This document shows positions 18,283 to 28,542 of a stretch of 64,000 nucleotides of DNA, in pieces. The notes beneath the pieces were generated by a model, which was given only the letters and a program-made list of their open reading frames with translations, made no database searches and had not been told where the DNA came from. The translations under genes and the position numbers were made by a program. Source of the stretch: an uncultured Nitrospira sp. (GTDB taxonomy: Bacteria; Nitrospirota; Nitrospiria; Nitrospirales; Nitrospiraceae); the NCBI GenBank assembly GCA_964582865.1, contig CAZOUA010000009.1:1341-65340 (forward strand), read 5' to 3'. Position 1 is the stretch's first letter. Each line of letters starts with the position of its first letter.

Positions 18283-19101
18283 TTAGAAAATGGCTTTGAC
18301 AAGTTCGAGGATGCTGCGCTGCATGTCGGGATCGTCGGTGATCGGCCTGGCAATCGCCACGTCACACGCTCGGTCGATCGCCACCCCTTCGCGGATCAAC
18401 GTACCGGCGTAGATCAACAACCGTGTGCTCACGCCTTCTTCCAAGCCGTGATTCTTGAGGTTGCGCACCCTGCCGCCGAGCTTTACGAGACCGGCGGCAA
18501 TCTCGGGGGCGACACCTGTCTCCCGCCGCACGATCGCGGTCTCAATGTCGGCGCCGGGATAGTCGAACTCGATGGCCATGAAGCGCTGCTTGGTGCTCTG
18601 CTTCAGATCCTTGAGCACGCTTTGATAGCCGGGGTTGTAAGAAATGACCAAGAGAAAATCATCGGCGGCCTCGATGACCTGTCCCTTCTTTTCGATCGGC
18701 AACAGGCGCCGGTCATCGCTGAGGGGATGGATGATCACCGTCGTATCCTTGCGGGCTTCGACCACTTCATCAAGATACACGATCGCGCCGTGTTTCACGC
18801 CGAGCGTAAGCGGTCCGTCGATCCAGACGGTATCCTGTCCCTTCAGCAGATAGCGGCCGACCAGATCGGAGGCCGTGAGGTCTTCGTGGCATGCCACGGT
18901 AATCAACGGGCGGCCAAGCCGGTAGGCCATGTGTTGCACGAACCGCGTTTTCCCGCATCCGGTTGGCCCCTTGAGCATGACCGGCATCCGGCTCTTCGCC
19001 GCCGTCGTAAAGAGACCGACCTCGCCGCGCACTTCGGCGTAGAATGGCTCCTGTTGAATACGATACTGCCCGATGTCGAACTCTCGCCCTTTGTCACTCA
19101 T
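18283..19101 (-). CDS. CbbQ/NirQ/NorQ/GpvN-family AAA+ (MoxR-class) ATPase
   Basis: 272 aa. Walker A GPTGCGKT, Walker [11 protein letters not shown], and the conserved CbbQ C-terminal region ([10 protein letters not shown]). Confidence 0.92.
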   Translation of the reverse strand: MSDKGREFDIGQYRIQQEPFYAEVRGEVGLFTTAAKSRMPVMLKGPTGCGKTRFVQHMAYRLGRPLITVACHEDLTASDLVGRYLLKGQDTVWIDGPLTLGVKHGAIVYLDEVVEARKDTTVIIHPLSDDRRLLPIEKKGQVIEAADDFLLVISYNPGYQSVLKDLKQSTKQRFMAIEFDYPGADIETAIVRRETGVAPEIAAGLVKLGGRVRNLKNHGLEEGVSTRLLIYAGTLIREGVAIDRACDVAIARPITDDPDMQRSILELVKAIF

Positions 19102-19214
19102 CTTGTCATTCCCCGTCGCATCGCGTGGTGAGCACGGTCCCTCTACAAAGCCAGGGCACGATAAACGGAACCGCGGCTCAAGATCAAGCCGGGAACGAGA
19201 GGGGCGGGCCTCGG

Positions 19215-22200
19215 CTACACGACCGGCGCCCCATCCAGCACGTCGCGCACTTTCTTTGCTAAGACATTCGGGGAAAACGGCTTGGCGAGAAATAACGACT
19301 CGCGCGAAATCCCTCCCCGCTCGAATGCCGGGTGGTCGGGATAACCGGACATAAAGAGCACCTTGATGCCCGGCCTGACCACTTGGATTTTCTCTGCCAC
19401 TTCGGGCCCGCTCATCTGAGGCATCACGACATCCGTCAACAACAAATGAATGGGGCCCTGATACTTTGCCCCCGTCATCAGTGCCTCGATCCCATGGCGG
19501 GCCTCCAGCACCTTGTACCCGTGAAGGCGGAGAGTTTCATGAACCAGCCCACGGACAGCCGGCTCGTCTTCCACCAGCAAAATGGTTTCCCGGCCATGCG
19601 CCGGCTCCGCGACCTCTGGCGCCCCTGCTCCGCTCTGTGCGTCCGGTTCGACGAGCGGAAAATAGATTTTGAATGTCGCGCCCTGTCCCGGCTTGCTCTC
19701 GACAACAATGTTTCCGCCGTTCTGTTTGACGATTCCGTAGACAGTGGACAGCCCCAATCCCGTTCCCTTGCCTTTTTCTTTAGTCGTGAAGAATGGTTCG
19801 AAGAGATGGGATTGTGTTTCTGCATCCATCCCATGACCGGTATCGCGAACCGCCAGCAACACATAGGTCCCGGGCTTTACGATGCTGGGGCTCTGGCGCG
19901 ACGGGGTGCCGACCGTCACGTTGCGGGTTTCGATCGTGAGCCGTCCGCCCTTGGGCATCGCATCACGGGCGTTGACGGCAAGATTCATGATGACCTGCTC
20001 GATCTGCCCTGGATCCGCCTTGATCGCACCGGCTTGCGGCGTCAACTCCGTGCAGAGTTCGACGATGTCCTCGCCCAAAAGACGGCGCAGCATGCCGTCC
20101 ATGTTCGCAATGAGGGCGTTGAGATCGAGCACTTTGGGCGCGATGAACTGCCGCCTGCTGAAGGCGAGCAGCTGGCGGGTGAGACCGGAGGCGCGATCGG
20201 CTGCCTTCTTCACCTCCCCCATGTCCTTGTGCATGGGATCGTCCGGCCTCAGACGGGCCAACAGGAGTTCACTGTACCCCCGAATCACCGTGAGCAAGTT
20301 GTTGAAGTCGTGCGCCACCCCACCGGCCAGCCGCCCGACGGCCTCCATCTTCTGCGACTGCCGCAGCTGTGCTTCTGTCTGTTGCAAGACCTCTTCGGTC
20401 CGCGCCCGATCGCCGAACTGTTCAAGCTTCAGGCCGATGTCGTCGATCATCTTGAGCAGCTGCTCGTCGGGCGTGCGAACCTGCCGGCTGTATAATTCGA
20501 TAACCCCTTCGATTTCGCCGCCGACACGAACCGGAAATCCCAATGCGCTATGAAGTCCGGCCTCACAGGCCACCTGTCGGCGGGGGAAATTGACATCGTG
20601 TGCGACATCGGTAATCCACACGGCCTTCCCGCTGGCCCAAATCCGCCCCGGCAGCCCTTCCTCAGTTTTAAAAGTCATCCCCCAGGTCGCCTCCGTAAAC
20701 GCAGCCTCTTTCAAACGAGCATCGTGCCACTCATCCAGGCAGCGGAGCACGGAAGCCGCTTTGTCCACACGCCAGAACACGCCGCAGTCCCACTCCAGAT
20801 TTTGTCCCACCGCCCGCACAATCTTGGGAACCGCTTCCTCCAGCGTCCGGGCCTCGGCCAGCACCCGTGTGACGGCATATTGCGCCGTTAAACGCTCCTC
20901 GGCGCGCTTGCGTTCGGTAATATCGGAAAAAGACACGACCACGGAGGCCGGTGTCTGTTGAGCGTCCACCGCCAAAGGTCTGGAATTGATGTCGATCCAC
21001 CGCAATTTTCCGTCGGGCCGGTAGACCCCCATCACCACGCCGACACATGGCTGGCCGGTCTTGAGGGTCACTGCCGCGGGATGTTTCTCCGGTGGGAAGG
21101 GCGAGCCGTCTTCGTGGATAGTCTGCCAGCGTTCGTCTTGCAAGGAGCGTCCGTTCAACTCATCCAGCGACAAGCCCAGAATGCGTTCAGCACTTGCATT
21201 GCCGGTGCGCAGCATGCCGTCCGCATCGATCACCATAACCCCTTCGTCCAGTGCGTTGACGACCGACCGGTACCGCACCTCGCTTTCTTTCAGCTTGGTC
21301 TCAGCAAGCCGCCGCTGGGTAATGTCGCGAATGAAAGCGCTGAAAAAGATGGTGTCGCCGATGCGAACGGGTGAGATGGCCAGTTCCACAGGAAACTCGT
21401 GCCCGGAGCGGTGGAGCGCCAGCACCTCGATCCGGCGGTTGAGAATATGCGTCTCTCCGGTGGCCAGGAAGTGACGGAGACCCCGCTCGTGGGCCTCCCG
21501 ATCTCTCGGAGGAATGATCAACCCTGCCAATCGCTGGCCGAGCGCTTCTTCGCGTGACCATCCGAAAATCGCCGTCGTCTGGCTGTTCCAATCGGTCACC
21601 ACGCCGCCGGCATCGATCGTGATGAGCCCGTCCAGCGCCGTTTCCACGATCGCGCGAGTCCGTTCTTGACTCTGCAGCAATGCGGCTTCGGCCGCGCGAG
21701 CCCAGGAACTTTCCTGCTGCGCTTGCTGGTACTCCGCCCGCAGCTGCGAGGTCGACCAAAAAAGCAGCAGCAGCATGGGAACCCACAAGGCCACGCCGAC
21801 CAATCCCACCTTCCATAAGATCGACTTGATGGGATCCAGAATCCGGTCGCGATCCATCCGGACCAGCACATACCATCCAAGTCCGGGATATTCCCCGAAC
21901 CCTTTCGTGTGGGCATACCCCGTGACCACAGGTACATCACGGTACTCTTCTTCGAGAAATCCCGGCTCGCCCGATTGCGCAGCCTTCACCAGGGGAAGAT
22001 CTTCTTGGAGCGTTTCCATCGGTCCCGTTTGAGAGAGGCTCGAATCGACGAACACTTGGCGGTCTTTGGTCACCATCTGGTACGCCACCGGTCCGGTAAA
22101 TTCCTGCCGCTCTTCGAGCGACCGAACCGTCCTCGTCGTCACATCTTCCAGTACGGACGTGGTCATTCTCGTGGTCACGACACCGAGAAACGTTCCCTCG

Positions 22201-22715
22201 GAGTCGAGGACCGGGGCGGTAAAGGCGACGGTTTCAACTCCGCTGTCCACATCATGAACCGCCACATCATCAATCTGGATCTTCCTTGTCGCCTTGGCTC
22301 CCTGAAACCATCGGGTTTGGCTGAAATCCCGGCCCCGCAGCGACGGTTCGGTCGACGCCACCATAGTCCCCTGTCCGTCGGTGACGCCCAACCAGAGATA
22401 GACCGGCGCATAGTTCGCCTTCATCCATCCCAGGTAACTGGACAAATACCGCTCGTCGGAAGATTGCAAGGCAAACGCCCGGGCCATCATCTGAGCATCG
22501 CCGTACCGTTCGAACAGCAGACGATCCAGCTTGTCGGAAACCTCAGCCGCGGCAATGGTCAGCTCTTCACCGGCTGCGGCGATCAACCGGTGCTCGACAT
22601 TGCGCAAGAGGAACACGCCGGCGACCAAAGCAACCAGGTTCATCAGGATGATCAACTGAGGCAGCCAGCGATAGCGCTGTGAATCAAGCGGCTGCTGAAA
22701 GTCTTGCGTGGTCAT
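19215..22715 (-). CDS. hybrid sensor histidine kinase (TM-Cache-like periplasmic domain-TM, 2x PAS, GAF, HisKA, HATPase_c, receiver)
   Basis: 1166 aa. H-box [13 protein letters not shown] boxes ([17 protein letters not shown]), C-terminal REC ([17 protein letters not shown]). PAS and GAF segments recognised by eye. Confidence 0.93.
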   Translation of the reverse strand: MTTQDFQQPLDSQRYRWLPQLIILMNLVALVAGVFLLRNVEHRLIAAAGEELTIAAAEVSDKLDRLLFERYGDAQMMARAFALQSSDERYLSSYLGWMKANYAPVYLWLGVTDGQGTMVASTEPSLRGRDFSQTRWFQGAKATRKIQIDDVAVHDVDSGVETVAFTAPVLDSEGTFLGVVTTRMTTSVLEDVTTRTVRSLEERQEFTGPVAYQMVTKDRQVFVDSSLSQTGPMETLQEDLPLVKAAQSGEPGFLEEEYRDVPVVTGYAHTKGFGEYPGLGWYVLVRMDRDRILDPIKSILWKVGLVGVALWVPMLLLLFWSTSQLRAEYQQAQQESSWARAAEAALLQSQERTRAIVETALDGLITIDAGGVVTDWNSQTTAIFGWSREEALGQRLAGLIIPPRDREAHERGLRHFLATGETHILNRRIEVLALHRSGHEFPVELAISPVRIGDTIFFSAFIRDITQRRLAETKLKESEVRYRSVVNALDEGVMVIDADGMLRTGNASAERILGLSLDELNGRSLQDERWQTIHEDGSPFPPEKHPAAVTLKTGQPCVGVVMGVYRPDGKLRWIDINSRPLAVDAQQTPASVVVSFSDITERKRAEERLTAQYAVTRVLAEARTLEEAVPKIVRAVGQNLEWDCGVFWRVDKAASVLRCLDEWHDARLKEAAFTEATWGMTFKTEEGLPGRIWASGKAVWITDVAHDVNFPRRQVACEAGLHSALGFPVRVGGEIEGVIELYSRQVRTPDEQLLKMIDDIGLKLEQFGDRARTEEVLQQTEAQLRQSQKMEAVGRLAGGVAHDFNNLLTVIRGYSELLLARLRPDDPMHKDMGEVKKAADRASGLTRQLLAFSRRQFIAPKVLDLNALIANMDGMLRRLLGEDIVELCTELTPQAGAIKADPGQIEQVIMNLAVNARDAMPKGGRLTIETRNVTVGTPSRQSPSIVKPGTYVLLAVRDTGHGMDAETQSHLFEPFFTTKEKGKGTGLGLSTVYGIVKQNGGNIVVESKPGQGATFKIYFPLVEPDAQSGAGAPEVAEPAHGRETILLVEDEPAVRGLVHETLRLHGYKVLEARHGIEALMTGAKYQGPIHLLLTDVVMPQMSGPEVAEKIQVVRPGIKVLFMSGYPDHPAFERGGISRESLFLAKPFSPNVLAKKVRDVLDGAPVV

Positions 22716-24244
22716 GGGCGTGAAGCCTCGGAACAGATGTAGCTCTCGATGCGCATCAACGGATGGTAGGCTTGTTTTGAACGCCGCAACCCGGACAGCC
22801 CTGCATCATCCATCGTGTTGATACACTCCGCGTTTTCAGACAACGCCTTCCGGCACGTATCTCGAAACAGATACTGCGCCAATCCGGGAATCGTACGATC
22901 GGCGACTTCCAGCAAGACGCAGAAGGTATTCTTGTTCAGCCAATAGCCGAACGTATAGGCGCGAATCCGTCCCTCCAGACGAAGCACCGATCCGATCAGG
23001 GCCAATTCCGATCCATGGGCCCAGGCCACTTCATGAGCGGACTCCACATCGTCGAGTAGCAATATCCCAAATGCATCCAGTCCCTCGGCACGTTTCTGTT
23101 CTCCCCATGTTCTCAACAACGCACGGCATTCCGCTCGGTCACGCAAACGATACGGCTCGATCGTGGCGATCCCCAACCGTTCAATGCGGTTGCACAGCGC
23201 CCGTTGCGATTTGTACCGATCTCCGGCCAGCGAACCCAGATCAGCAGCCCGATAGAGATAGTCGGGATCTTTCGCAGTCAGCCGATATCCCCATGATTCA
23301 AGCTCAGGCATCAGCGCGGCCGGAATATTTTCGACCCGGCTGACGGGAGACTCGCCGTTCCAACGCCGCATCAGCCGAAATGCTTCCGCCAATGGTTTCC
23401 GGATCGAACCTTCTGTGAGCGGGGGCAGCGGCATGAACCAACCGTCAGGAGACTGGATGAAGAGACAGAACGCCCCTTCCAGTTCGGCCCACCAATAGGC
23501 GAGCCTACCATTCCAGATATAGTGGTAGGCTGCCGAATAGGCCGCGAGGGGCCGATCCTTTGCGAGCCCGGATCGATCCAAGGCGCTCGCAAGTCGCGGC
23601 AGATCCTCCACCATAAACTTGTTAACCGGGTGGGGGCCCCATCGTTCAATCAACGCCTGCGTAACTGCCGTGAGCGAAGCCAGCACAACGACGTCTTCCT
23701 GAAACCGCCCCACCAACCTGGGATGATGTGCGATCTTGTGAAGAACTTCCGGCTGTCGAAGCAGCTCCATGATCCGATCGGCATGCAGACGAATGGATTC
23801 CGGAACCTGCTCCTGCATGAAGGGACACTTGGTGTCCCAGCCGAGCAAGACCTCATCCTGAACGGCATTCCACATCATCGCCAACGGATAGAGCTGGCAA
23901 TCGAGCGGCCGTCGCTCATAGATACGGCACATACTGCGCTGGGGATCGAACGCAGGACAGAAAAACCCCTCCCCCCCCGGATCCGGCAGAACGGTGATCT
24001 GACAGCCCGTTCGATCTGGGAACAGGCCTTGGTCTAAACCGCCATCGACCGCCCGATCGACTTCCTCGTTCGTAAAGTAGGGCCGAAGCGCGCTGTCGGC
24101 ATCGGGGAATCGGCAACAGACGTCGCACCGCACACAGGTACTGCCAGGCACCAGTTGAGGAAGGATGGGATGCGCAGTTGCCAATGGCAAAGCCGTTTTC
24201 ATGGTCAGCGCGCTCGGACAGGATTCCAATGGGATAAGCGTCAT
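22712..24244 (-). CDS. fusion protein: YkgJ-type CxxCxxCC cysteine-cluster domain + DUF2156 (MprF C-terminal/GNAT-like) domain
   Basis: N-terminus has CVRCDVCC ... CPAF..CRIYERRPLDCQLYP (PF03692-like). C-terminus has DPDYLYRAADLGSLAGDRYKSQR..N and the layout of DUF2156. Its stop overlaps the kinase ATG (ATGA). Confidence 0.8.
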   Translation of the reverse strand: MTLIPLESCPSALTMKTALPLATAHPILPQLVPGSTCVRCDVCCRFPDADSALRPYFTNEEVDRAVDGGLDQGLFPDRTGCQITVLPDPGGEGFFCPAFDPQRSMCRIYERRPLDCQLYPLAMMWNAVQDEVLLGWDTKCPFMQEQVPESIRLHADRIMELLRQPEVLHKIAHHPRLVGRFQEDVVVLASLTAVTQALIERWGPHPVNKFMVEDLPRLASALDRSGLAKDRPLAAYSAAYHYIWNGRLAYWWAELEGAFCLFIQSPDGWFMPLPPLTEGSIRKPLAEAFRLMRRWNGESPVSRVENIPAALMPELESWGYRLTAKDPDYLYRAADLGSLAGDRYKSQRALCNRIERLGIATIEPYRLRDRAECRALLRTWGEQKRAEGLDAFGILLLDDVESAHEVAWAHGSELALIGSVLRLEGRIRAYTFGYWLNKNTFCVLLEVADRTIPGLAQYLFRDTCRKALSENAECINTMDDAGLSGLRRSKQAYHPLMRIESYICSEASRP

Positions 24245-24322
24245 TCTAGCATCATTCTCAAAGGAGACCTACTAGGATATGGTTTCCCCCTGTCGCGGCT
24301 CCGTCACAAAACCTCCAAATTG

Positions 24323-24351
24323 TTGACCAGATTCTCTCGTCCTGGAATACT
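24323..24351 (+). promoter_or_regulatory. candidate sigma70-type promoter for the GGDEF gene
   Basis: TTGACC (24323-28) - 17 nt - TGg AATACT (24346-51), 36 nt upstream of the ATG. By-eye match only. Confidence 0.3.
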
Positions 24352-24386
24352 GACCACACAAACGCTGCTCACCCATTCGAACCACG

Positions 24387-25400
24387 ATGGCGACTCCTCC
24401 CGGCAAGCTGGAATACGACCCCCAGGTGTTGTTGAACTCGCAATCCGTCATCATTACAGTTATCGACCCCCTGACCCACAAAGTCATTTTCCAAAACCAA
24501 ACGTCTCACAAGAAATTCGGCGATATCTCCGATTTCACCTGCCATGAAAAGATCGCCAGCTGCGCCACGCCCTGTGCGTTCTGCAAAATGCCGGATGCCG
24601 TCGAGAAGGGACTTCCGACATCCAGCGAGGTGCCGCTCCCGAATGACGAACATCTTCTCGTACAATGGGCACAGGTCAAGACCTCGTCCGGAGAGACGCA
24701 TGTCGTGGAGACCATCACCGATATCACTCTGATCAAACGCCAGCAGGTGGAAGCCGATGGATTGGTCCAGAAACTGTCCAGCACCAATCGTGACCTCATC
24801 CAGGCCAACCAGCTCCTGCGTGATCAATCGATCAGAGACAGCTTGACCGGTCTCTTCAATCACTCTCATTTCCAAGAAACGCTGGTCCAGCTCTGTGCGC
24901 GCGCGCTTCGTTCCATGCACCCGCTTTCGCTGCTCTTCATCGACCTGGACAATTTCAAGCAGATTAACGACATCTACGGCCATACGATGGGCGACCAAGT
25001 CCTCCGTGAACTGGGCTGGTTGCTGGACAGCCAGCAGGGACCGGGCCGGGGTATCTCGCGAGCCAGCGATTTCTCCGCCCGTTACGGTGGAGAAGAATTC
25101 GCTCTCATCCTTCCCGATACGTCGATGGAAGGCGCGCTCAGCGCCGCCGAACGCCTGCGCCATCGCGTCACCACCTTGACGATGTTGCCGGAACTGACAG
25201 TGCTTAACAGCAAACCTCTCGCGCTGACATGCAGCATCGGCGTCGCCTCATTCCCTATTCACGCGTCTATTCCATCCGATCTCGTTGTCGCGGCCGACAC
25301 TGCCCTGTATGCGGCAAAGAAGTCCGGGAAAAACTGCGTGCGCATGGCCACGCCAGCCAATCCTTCCCAGCCGCTCGCCGCTCCTCTTGTACGATCCTAA
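24387..25400 (+). CDS. diguanylate cyclase (Cys-motif PAS domain + GGDEF)
   Basis: 337 aa. RYGGEEFALILPDT active site and an upstream RxxD-like region. The N-terminal PAS-like domain carries C52-x6-C-x3-C-x2-C66. Confidence 0.9.
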   Translation: MATPPGKLEYDPQVLLNSQSVIITVIDPLTHKVIFQNQTSHKKFGDISDFTCHEKIASCATPCAFCKMPDAVEKGLPTSSEVPLPNDEHLLVQWAQVKTSSGETHVVETITDITLIKRQQVEADGLVQKLSSTNRDLIQANQLLRDQSIRDSLTGLFNHSHFQETLVQLCARALRSMHPLSLLFIDLDNFKQINDIYGHTMGDQVLRELGWLLDSQQGPGRGISRASDFSARYGGEEFALILPDTSMEGALSAAERLRHRVTTLTMLPELTVLNSKPLALTCSIGVASFPIHASIPSDLVVAADTALYAAKKSGKNCVRMATPANPSQPLAAPLVRS

Positions 25401-25469
25401 ATCCCGTGTTACGATCTCCTTTGCCTCGGCAATGCACGGCTGTTGATTTGAACTATTTCCCTGTCTGAT

Positions 25470-26927
25470 TTGGCTACCTCCGACCTTCTCCATCGCTGTT
25501 CAAGTATCCGAGATAACCTGATCGAAGCAGGACTCTTCGCACCGCGAGCCGGTACGGGTCCACTGTCATCTGCCGGAAAGGAACCTGTCGAGAACTCTTG
25601 GCGAATCGGCGTAAGTCCGCTGGCGATCAGCCCCGATCAGTTAAAGTTTTTCGAAACATTAGGGCCTCAACTCTTCCGTTTCTATCAAGCCTTGAACCGC
25701 CTGTACGCCGAGAGTGTCCGAGGCACGCAACCCGGTTGGGTAGCGAGCTACCTCGACCAAGGAAAACCGGAAGGATTGATTACCTATAGCCGCATGAAAC
25801 GGTTTCGCGACCACCTGCCCGCTGTCATCCGTCCGGATGTGATCCCGACGCCAGACGGCATGGTGATCACGGAACTCGATTCGGTTCCCGGCGGGATCGG
25901 GCTGACGGCGGCCATGAGCCGAGCCTACTCTGATCTAGCCCCCCACCCGCCAGAACTTGTCGGCGGTCGTGATGGCATGATTGACGGCTTCGCCGCTATG
26001 CTGGGAAACCAGCGGGGACGGCGCGACGGCATCATCGCGATCGTCGTCTCGGAAGAGGCGAACGACTACCGGCCGGAGATGGCCTGGATGGCGCTTCAGC
26101 TCACCGCCCGAGGGCTGGAAACCTACTGCGCCGAACCGGGCCAGATTCGGTTTACCGAAAAAGGACTGTTGTTGGCCTCGGCGGCGGGCCCTCTGCCCAT
26201 TGGATTGATCTACCGTTTCTACGAACTGTTCGATCTCCCGAATATTCCCCAAGGCGACCTCATTGAACACTCCCTCGGCGACGGTTGGGTCTCCGTCACA
26301 CCGCCGTACAAACCGGCGCTGGAGGAAAAGTCAGCCTTCGGATTGCTCCACCATCCGATATTGCAACCGTATTGGCGCCAGGAACTGGGTACCGACCTCT
26401 TCCTCCATCTCACCACCATTATGCCCCGGACCTGGATTCTGGACCCGGCTCCTGTGCCGCCCTCAGCGACGATCCCCGGCCTTACGATCGGAGGTCGTGC
26501 CACGATGAACTGGAGTGATTTGGCCGGCGCCACGCAAAAAGAACGACACTACGTCATCAAGCCATCCGGGTTCTCCGAACTGGCCTGGGGCAGCCGAGGG
26601 GTCTCGGTCGGCCACGACCTCCCTCAAATCGAATGGGCCGCCGCCATCGAGTCCGCGCTCACCGCCTTCCCCCGAACCCCTTACGTGTTGCAAGAGTTTC
26701 ACAAGGGCCGCCAGTACCAGCTCGACTATTTCGATCCCGTAACCGGAGCGATCAAAGAAATGGCGGGACGGGCCAGACTCTCCCCGTATTATTTCGTCAC
26801 TGGCGAAACGGTTGAACTGGCTGGTATCCTGGCGACAATCTGCCCGGCGGACAAGAAAGTGATACACGGCATGAAAGACGCGATCATGGTGCCTTGCACC
26901 GTCGCACCGCAGGAAAGCGCGGCGTGA
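25470..26927 (+). CDS. ATP-grasp-superfamily protein (circularly-permuted ATP-grasp / glutathionylspermidine-synthase-like), function unknown
   Basis: 485 aa. Segments VIRPDVIPTPDGMVITELDSVPGG, HYVIKPSGFSE..WGSRGV and YVLQEFHKG resemble ATP-grasp ligases. The only start found is TTG with no SD, so the 5' end is uncertain. Confidence 0.7.
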   Translation: MATSDLLHRCSSIRDNLIEAGLFAPRAGTGPLSSAGKEPVENSWRIGVSPLAISPDQLKFFETLGPQLFRFYQALNRLYAESVRGTQPGWVASYLDQGKPEGLITYSRMKRFRDHLPAVIRPDVIPTPDGMVITELDSVPGGIGLTAAMSRAYSDLAPHPPELVGGRDGMIDGFAAMLGNQRGRRDGIIAIVVSEEANDYRPEMAWMALQLTARGLETYCAEPGQIRFTEKGLLLASAAGPLPIGLIYRFYELFDLPNIPQGDLIEHSLGDGWVSVTPPYKPALEEKSAFGLLHHPILQPYWRQELGTDLFLHLTTIMPRTWILDPAPVPPSATIPGLTIGGRATMNWSDLAGATQKERHYVIKPSGFSELAWGSRGVSVGHDLPQIEWAAAIESALTAFPRTPYVLQEFHKGRQYQLDYFDPVTGAIKEMAGRARLSPYYFVTGETVELAGILATICPADKKVIHGMKDAIMVPCTVAPQESAA

Positions 26928-26952
26928 GTGCTGAGTTATGAGTTCTGAGTTT
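26925..26952 (+). repeat. tandem heptamer (TGAGTNN)x4 beginning with the stop codon of the upstream CDS
   Basis: tgagtgc tgagtta tgagttc tgagttt places TGA in all three frames within 22 nt. Inverted related units follow at 26972-27010. Confidence 0.8.
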
Positions 26953-27014
26953 TTTGCCAAGCGCGTACAAATCAGAACTCTTCACACAGCACTGAGCGCT
27001 CACAACTCAACACG

Positions 27015-27287
27015 ATGTCACTGACTCTCTATCATGTCGATTGGTGCCCTGAATGCGATGTCGTTCGCCGGAAACTGGCCGAGCTGAATCTGCCGTATAC
27101 GGATGTGATCGTTCCGGACGTCCGCCCGCTCCGCAAAATGGTCTTCGAGGTATCCGGGCAGTACTACGTCCCTGTGTTGCAGGATGGCGACAAGGTGCTG
27201 AGCGAAACGCACGATATTCTTGAGCATCTGTCCCGGCGCTACGGCGCTCACGGCGAGGGGCAAGAGGCAGGAGACGCAGGGGGATGA
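27015..27287 (+). CDS. glutaredoxin-like thioredoxin-fold protein (CPEC motif)
   Basis: 90 aa. LYHVDWCPECDVV..YYVPVLQDG fits the Grx/NrdH-like fold. Acidic/Gly tail. Confidence 0.75.
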   Translation: MSLTLYHVDWCPECDVVRRKLAELNLPYTDVIVPDVRPLRKMVFEVSGQYYVPVLQDGDKVLSETHDILEHLSRRYGAHGEGQEAGDAGG

Positions 27288-27348
27288 TGCACCGTCATCT
27301 CGCCGTTAGTCCCCCGCCACGAGCCGCGGGATCATCAAGGAGCTGATC

Positions 27349-28542
27349 ATGGAGGAATGGAGACGCATCCTCGCCGAGAGCATCGTGAAGCCGAAGGATC
27401 TCGCCGATCGCTTTGGGCTCGACGAGAAAGAGATCGAGGCGATCGTCGGCCCATACCCCATGCGGATCACACCGACCGTGCTGAGCACGATCACGTCAAA
27501 AGGCGACGCGATCTGGAAACAGGTCGTCCCGGAAATCGCCGAACTGGCCGACATCGACGCCGAAGACGATCCGCTCGAAGAAGACCTCATGAGTCCGGTT
27601 CCGCACCTGGTCCACCGCTATCCGGATCGAGTTCTCCTGATGGTCACGAACCAATGTCCGATCTATTGCCGCTTCTGCACCCGCAAACGGTTGGTCGGCA
27701 AACCCGGCTTCCTCAAGAAGGGCGAACTCGATCGAGCCATCACGTATCTGCGTCAACACAAGGAAGTGCGGGATGTCATCCTCTCGGGAGGCGATCCGCT
27801 GTTGCTTCCGGACCATTTGCTGGAGCGTGTCCTGAAAGCCCTTCGGGCCATCCCGCACCTCGAACTGATCCGCATCGGTTCCCGCGTCCCCGGGACGTTG
27901 CCCGAGCGCATCACCCCCCGGCTGTGTGACATCGTGAAAAAGTATCACCCCATCTACATGAACTTACATTTCAACCACCCGGACGAGTTGACTCCGGCAG
28001 TCAAGGCCGCCTGCGGCATGCTGGCCGACGCCGGCGTGCCCCTCGGTGCGCAAACGGTGCTGCTGAAAGGTGTCAACGACGACCCGAACACGATGAAACG
28101 GCTCGTCCATCAGCTCCTGCTCGCGCGGGTGAAACCCTACTATCTCTATCAGGCTGACTTGACCAAAGGGACCAACCATTTCCGCACGACCGTCGAGACC
28201 GGTTTGCACATCATCAAGGCTCTGCAAGGCCACACAAGCGGCATGGCGGTACCGCACTTCGTCATTGACGCCCCCGGCGGCGGCGGGAAAATTCCGCTCC
28301 TTCCCGACGAGTATTTGGTGCATATGGACGAGGACGGGGCCGTGCTGCGCAATTACGAAAACAAAACCTTTCACTACCCTCAGCCGAAAGCAGGCAACAG
28401 CCGCGAGCTGCCGATGGTCGGAGCCAGGGCCTCCCGCGACGATTCGAACGAGGCCTTCGCGTCCTGCGGAGACAGCTATCCGGATCGCGACGGCTATTCC
28501 ACCTGGGGTAACAGCTGCGGGGGAGACTCGGACGACCTGTGA
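27349..28542 (+). CDS. kamA: KamA-family radical SAM 2,3-aminomutase (lysine 2,3-aminomutase-like)
   Basis: 397 aa. Radical SAM CPIYCRFCTRK, SGGDPLL, and KamA-type N- and C-terminal regions. AAGGAG SD. Substrate is not assignable by eye. Confidence 0.92.
   Translation: MEEWRRILAESIVKPKDLADRFGLDEKEIEAIVGPYPMRITPTVLSTITSKGDAIWKQVVPEIAELADIDAEDDPLEEDLMSPVPHLVHRYPDRVLLMVTNQCPIYCRFCTRKRLVGKPGFLKKGELDRAITYLRQHKEVRDVILSGGDPLLLPDHLLERVLKALRAIPHLELIRIGSRVPGTLPERITPRLCDIVKKYHPIYMNLHFNHPDELTPAVKAACGMLADAGVPLGAQTVLLKGVNDDPNTMKRLVHQLLLARVKPYYLYQADLTKGTNHFRTTVETGLHIIKALQGHTSGMAVPHFVIDAPGGGGKIPLLPDEYLVHMDEDGAVLRNYENKTFHYPQPKAGNSRELPMVGARASRDDSNEAFASCGDSYPDRDGYSTWGNSCGGDSDDL

Noticed and set aside
19332-20495. 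387-aa ORF (and 21909..22682, 257 aa) on the + strand
   Set aside because: Both are antisense shadows of the hybrid histidine kinase gene.
26925-26952. Whether the heptamer arrays (also 30849, 16467, 12818) are a CRISPR array
   Set aside because: The units are 7 nt with no spacers, the arrays are under 70 nt, and no cas genes are present. They are short tandem or inverted intergenic repeats.
27288-27348. Lysine (L-box) riboswitch upstream of kamA, or preQ1 / THF-type elements upstream of queD/folE
   Set aside because: The spacers are far too short (about 60 nt and about 110 nt) for an L-box, and I see no recognisable conserved riboswitch cores.
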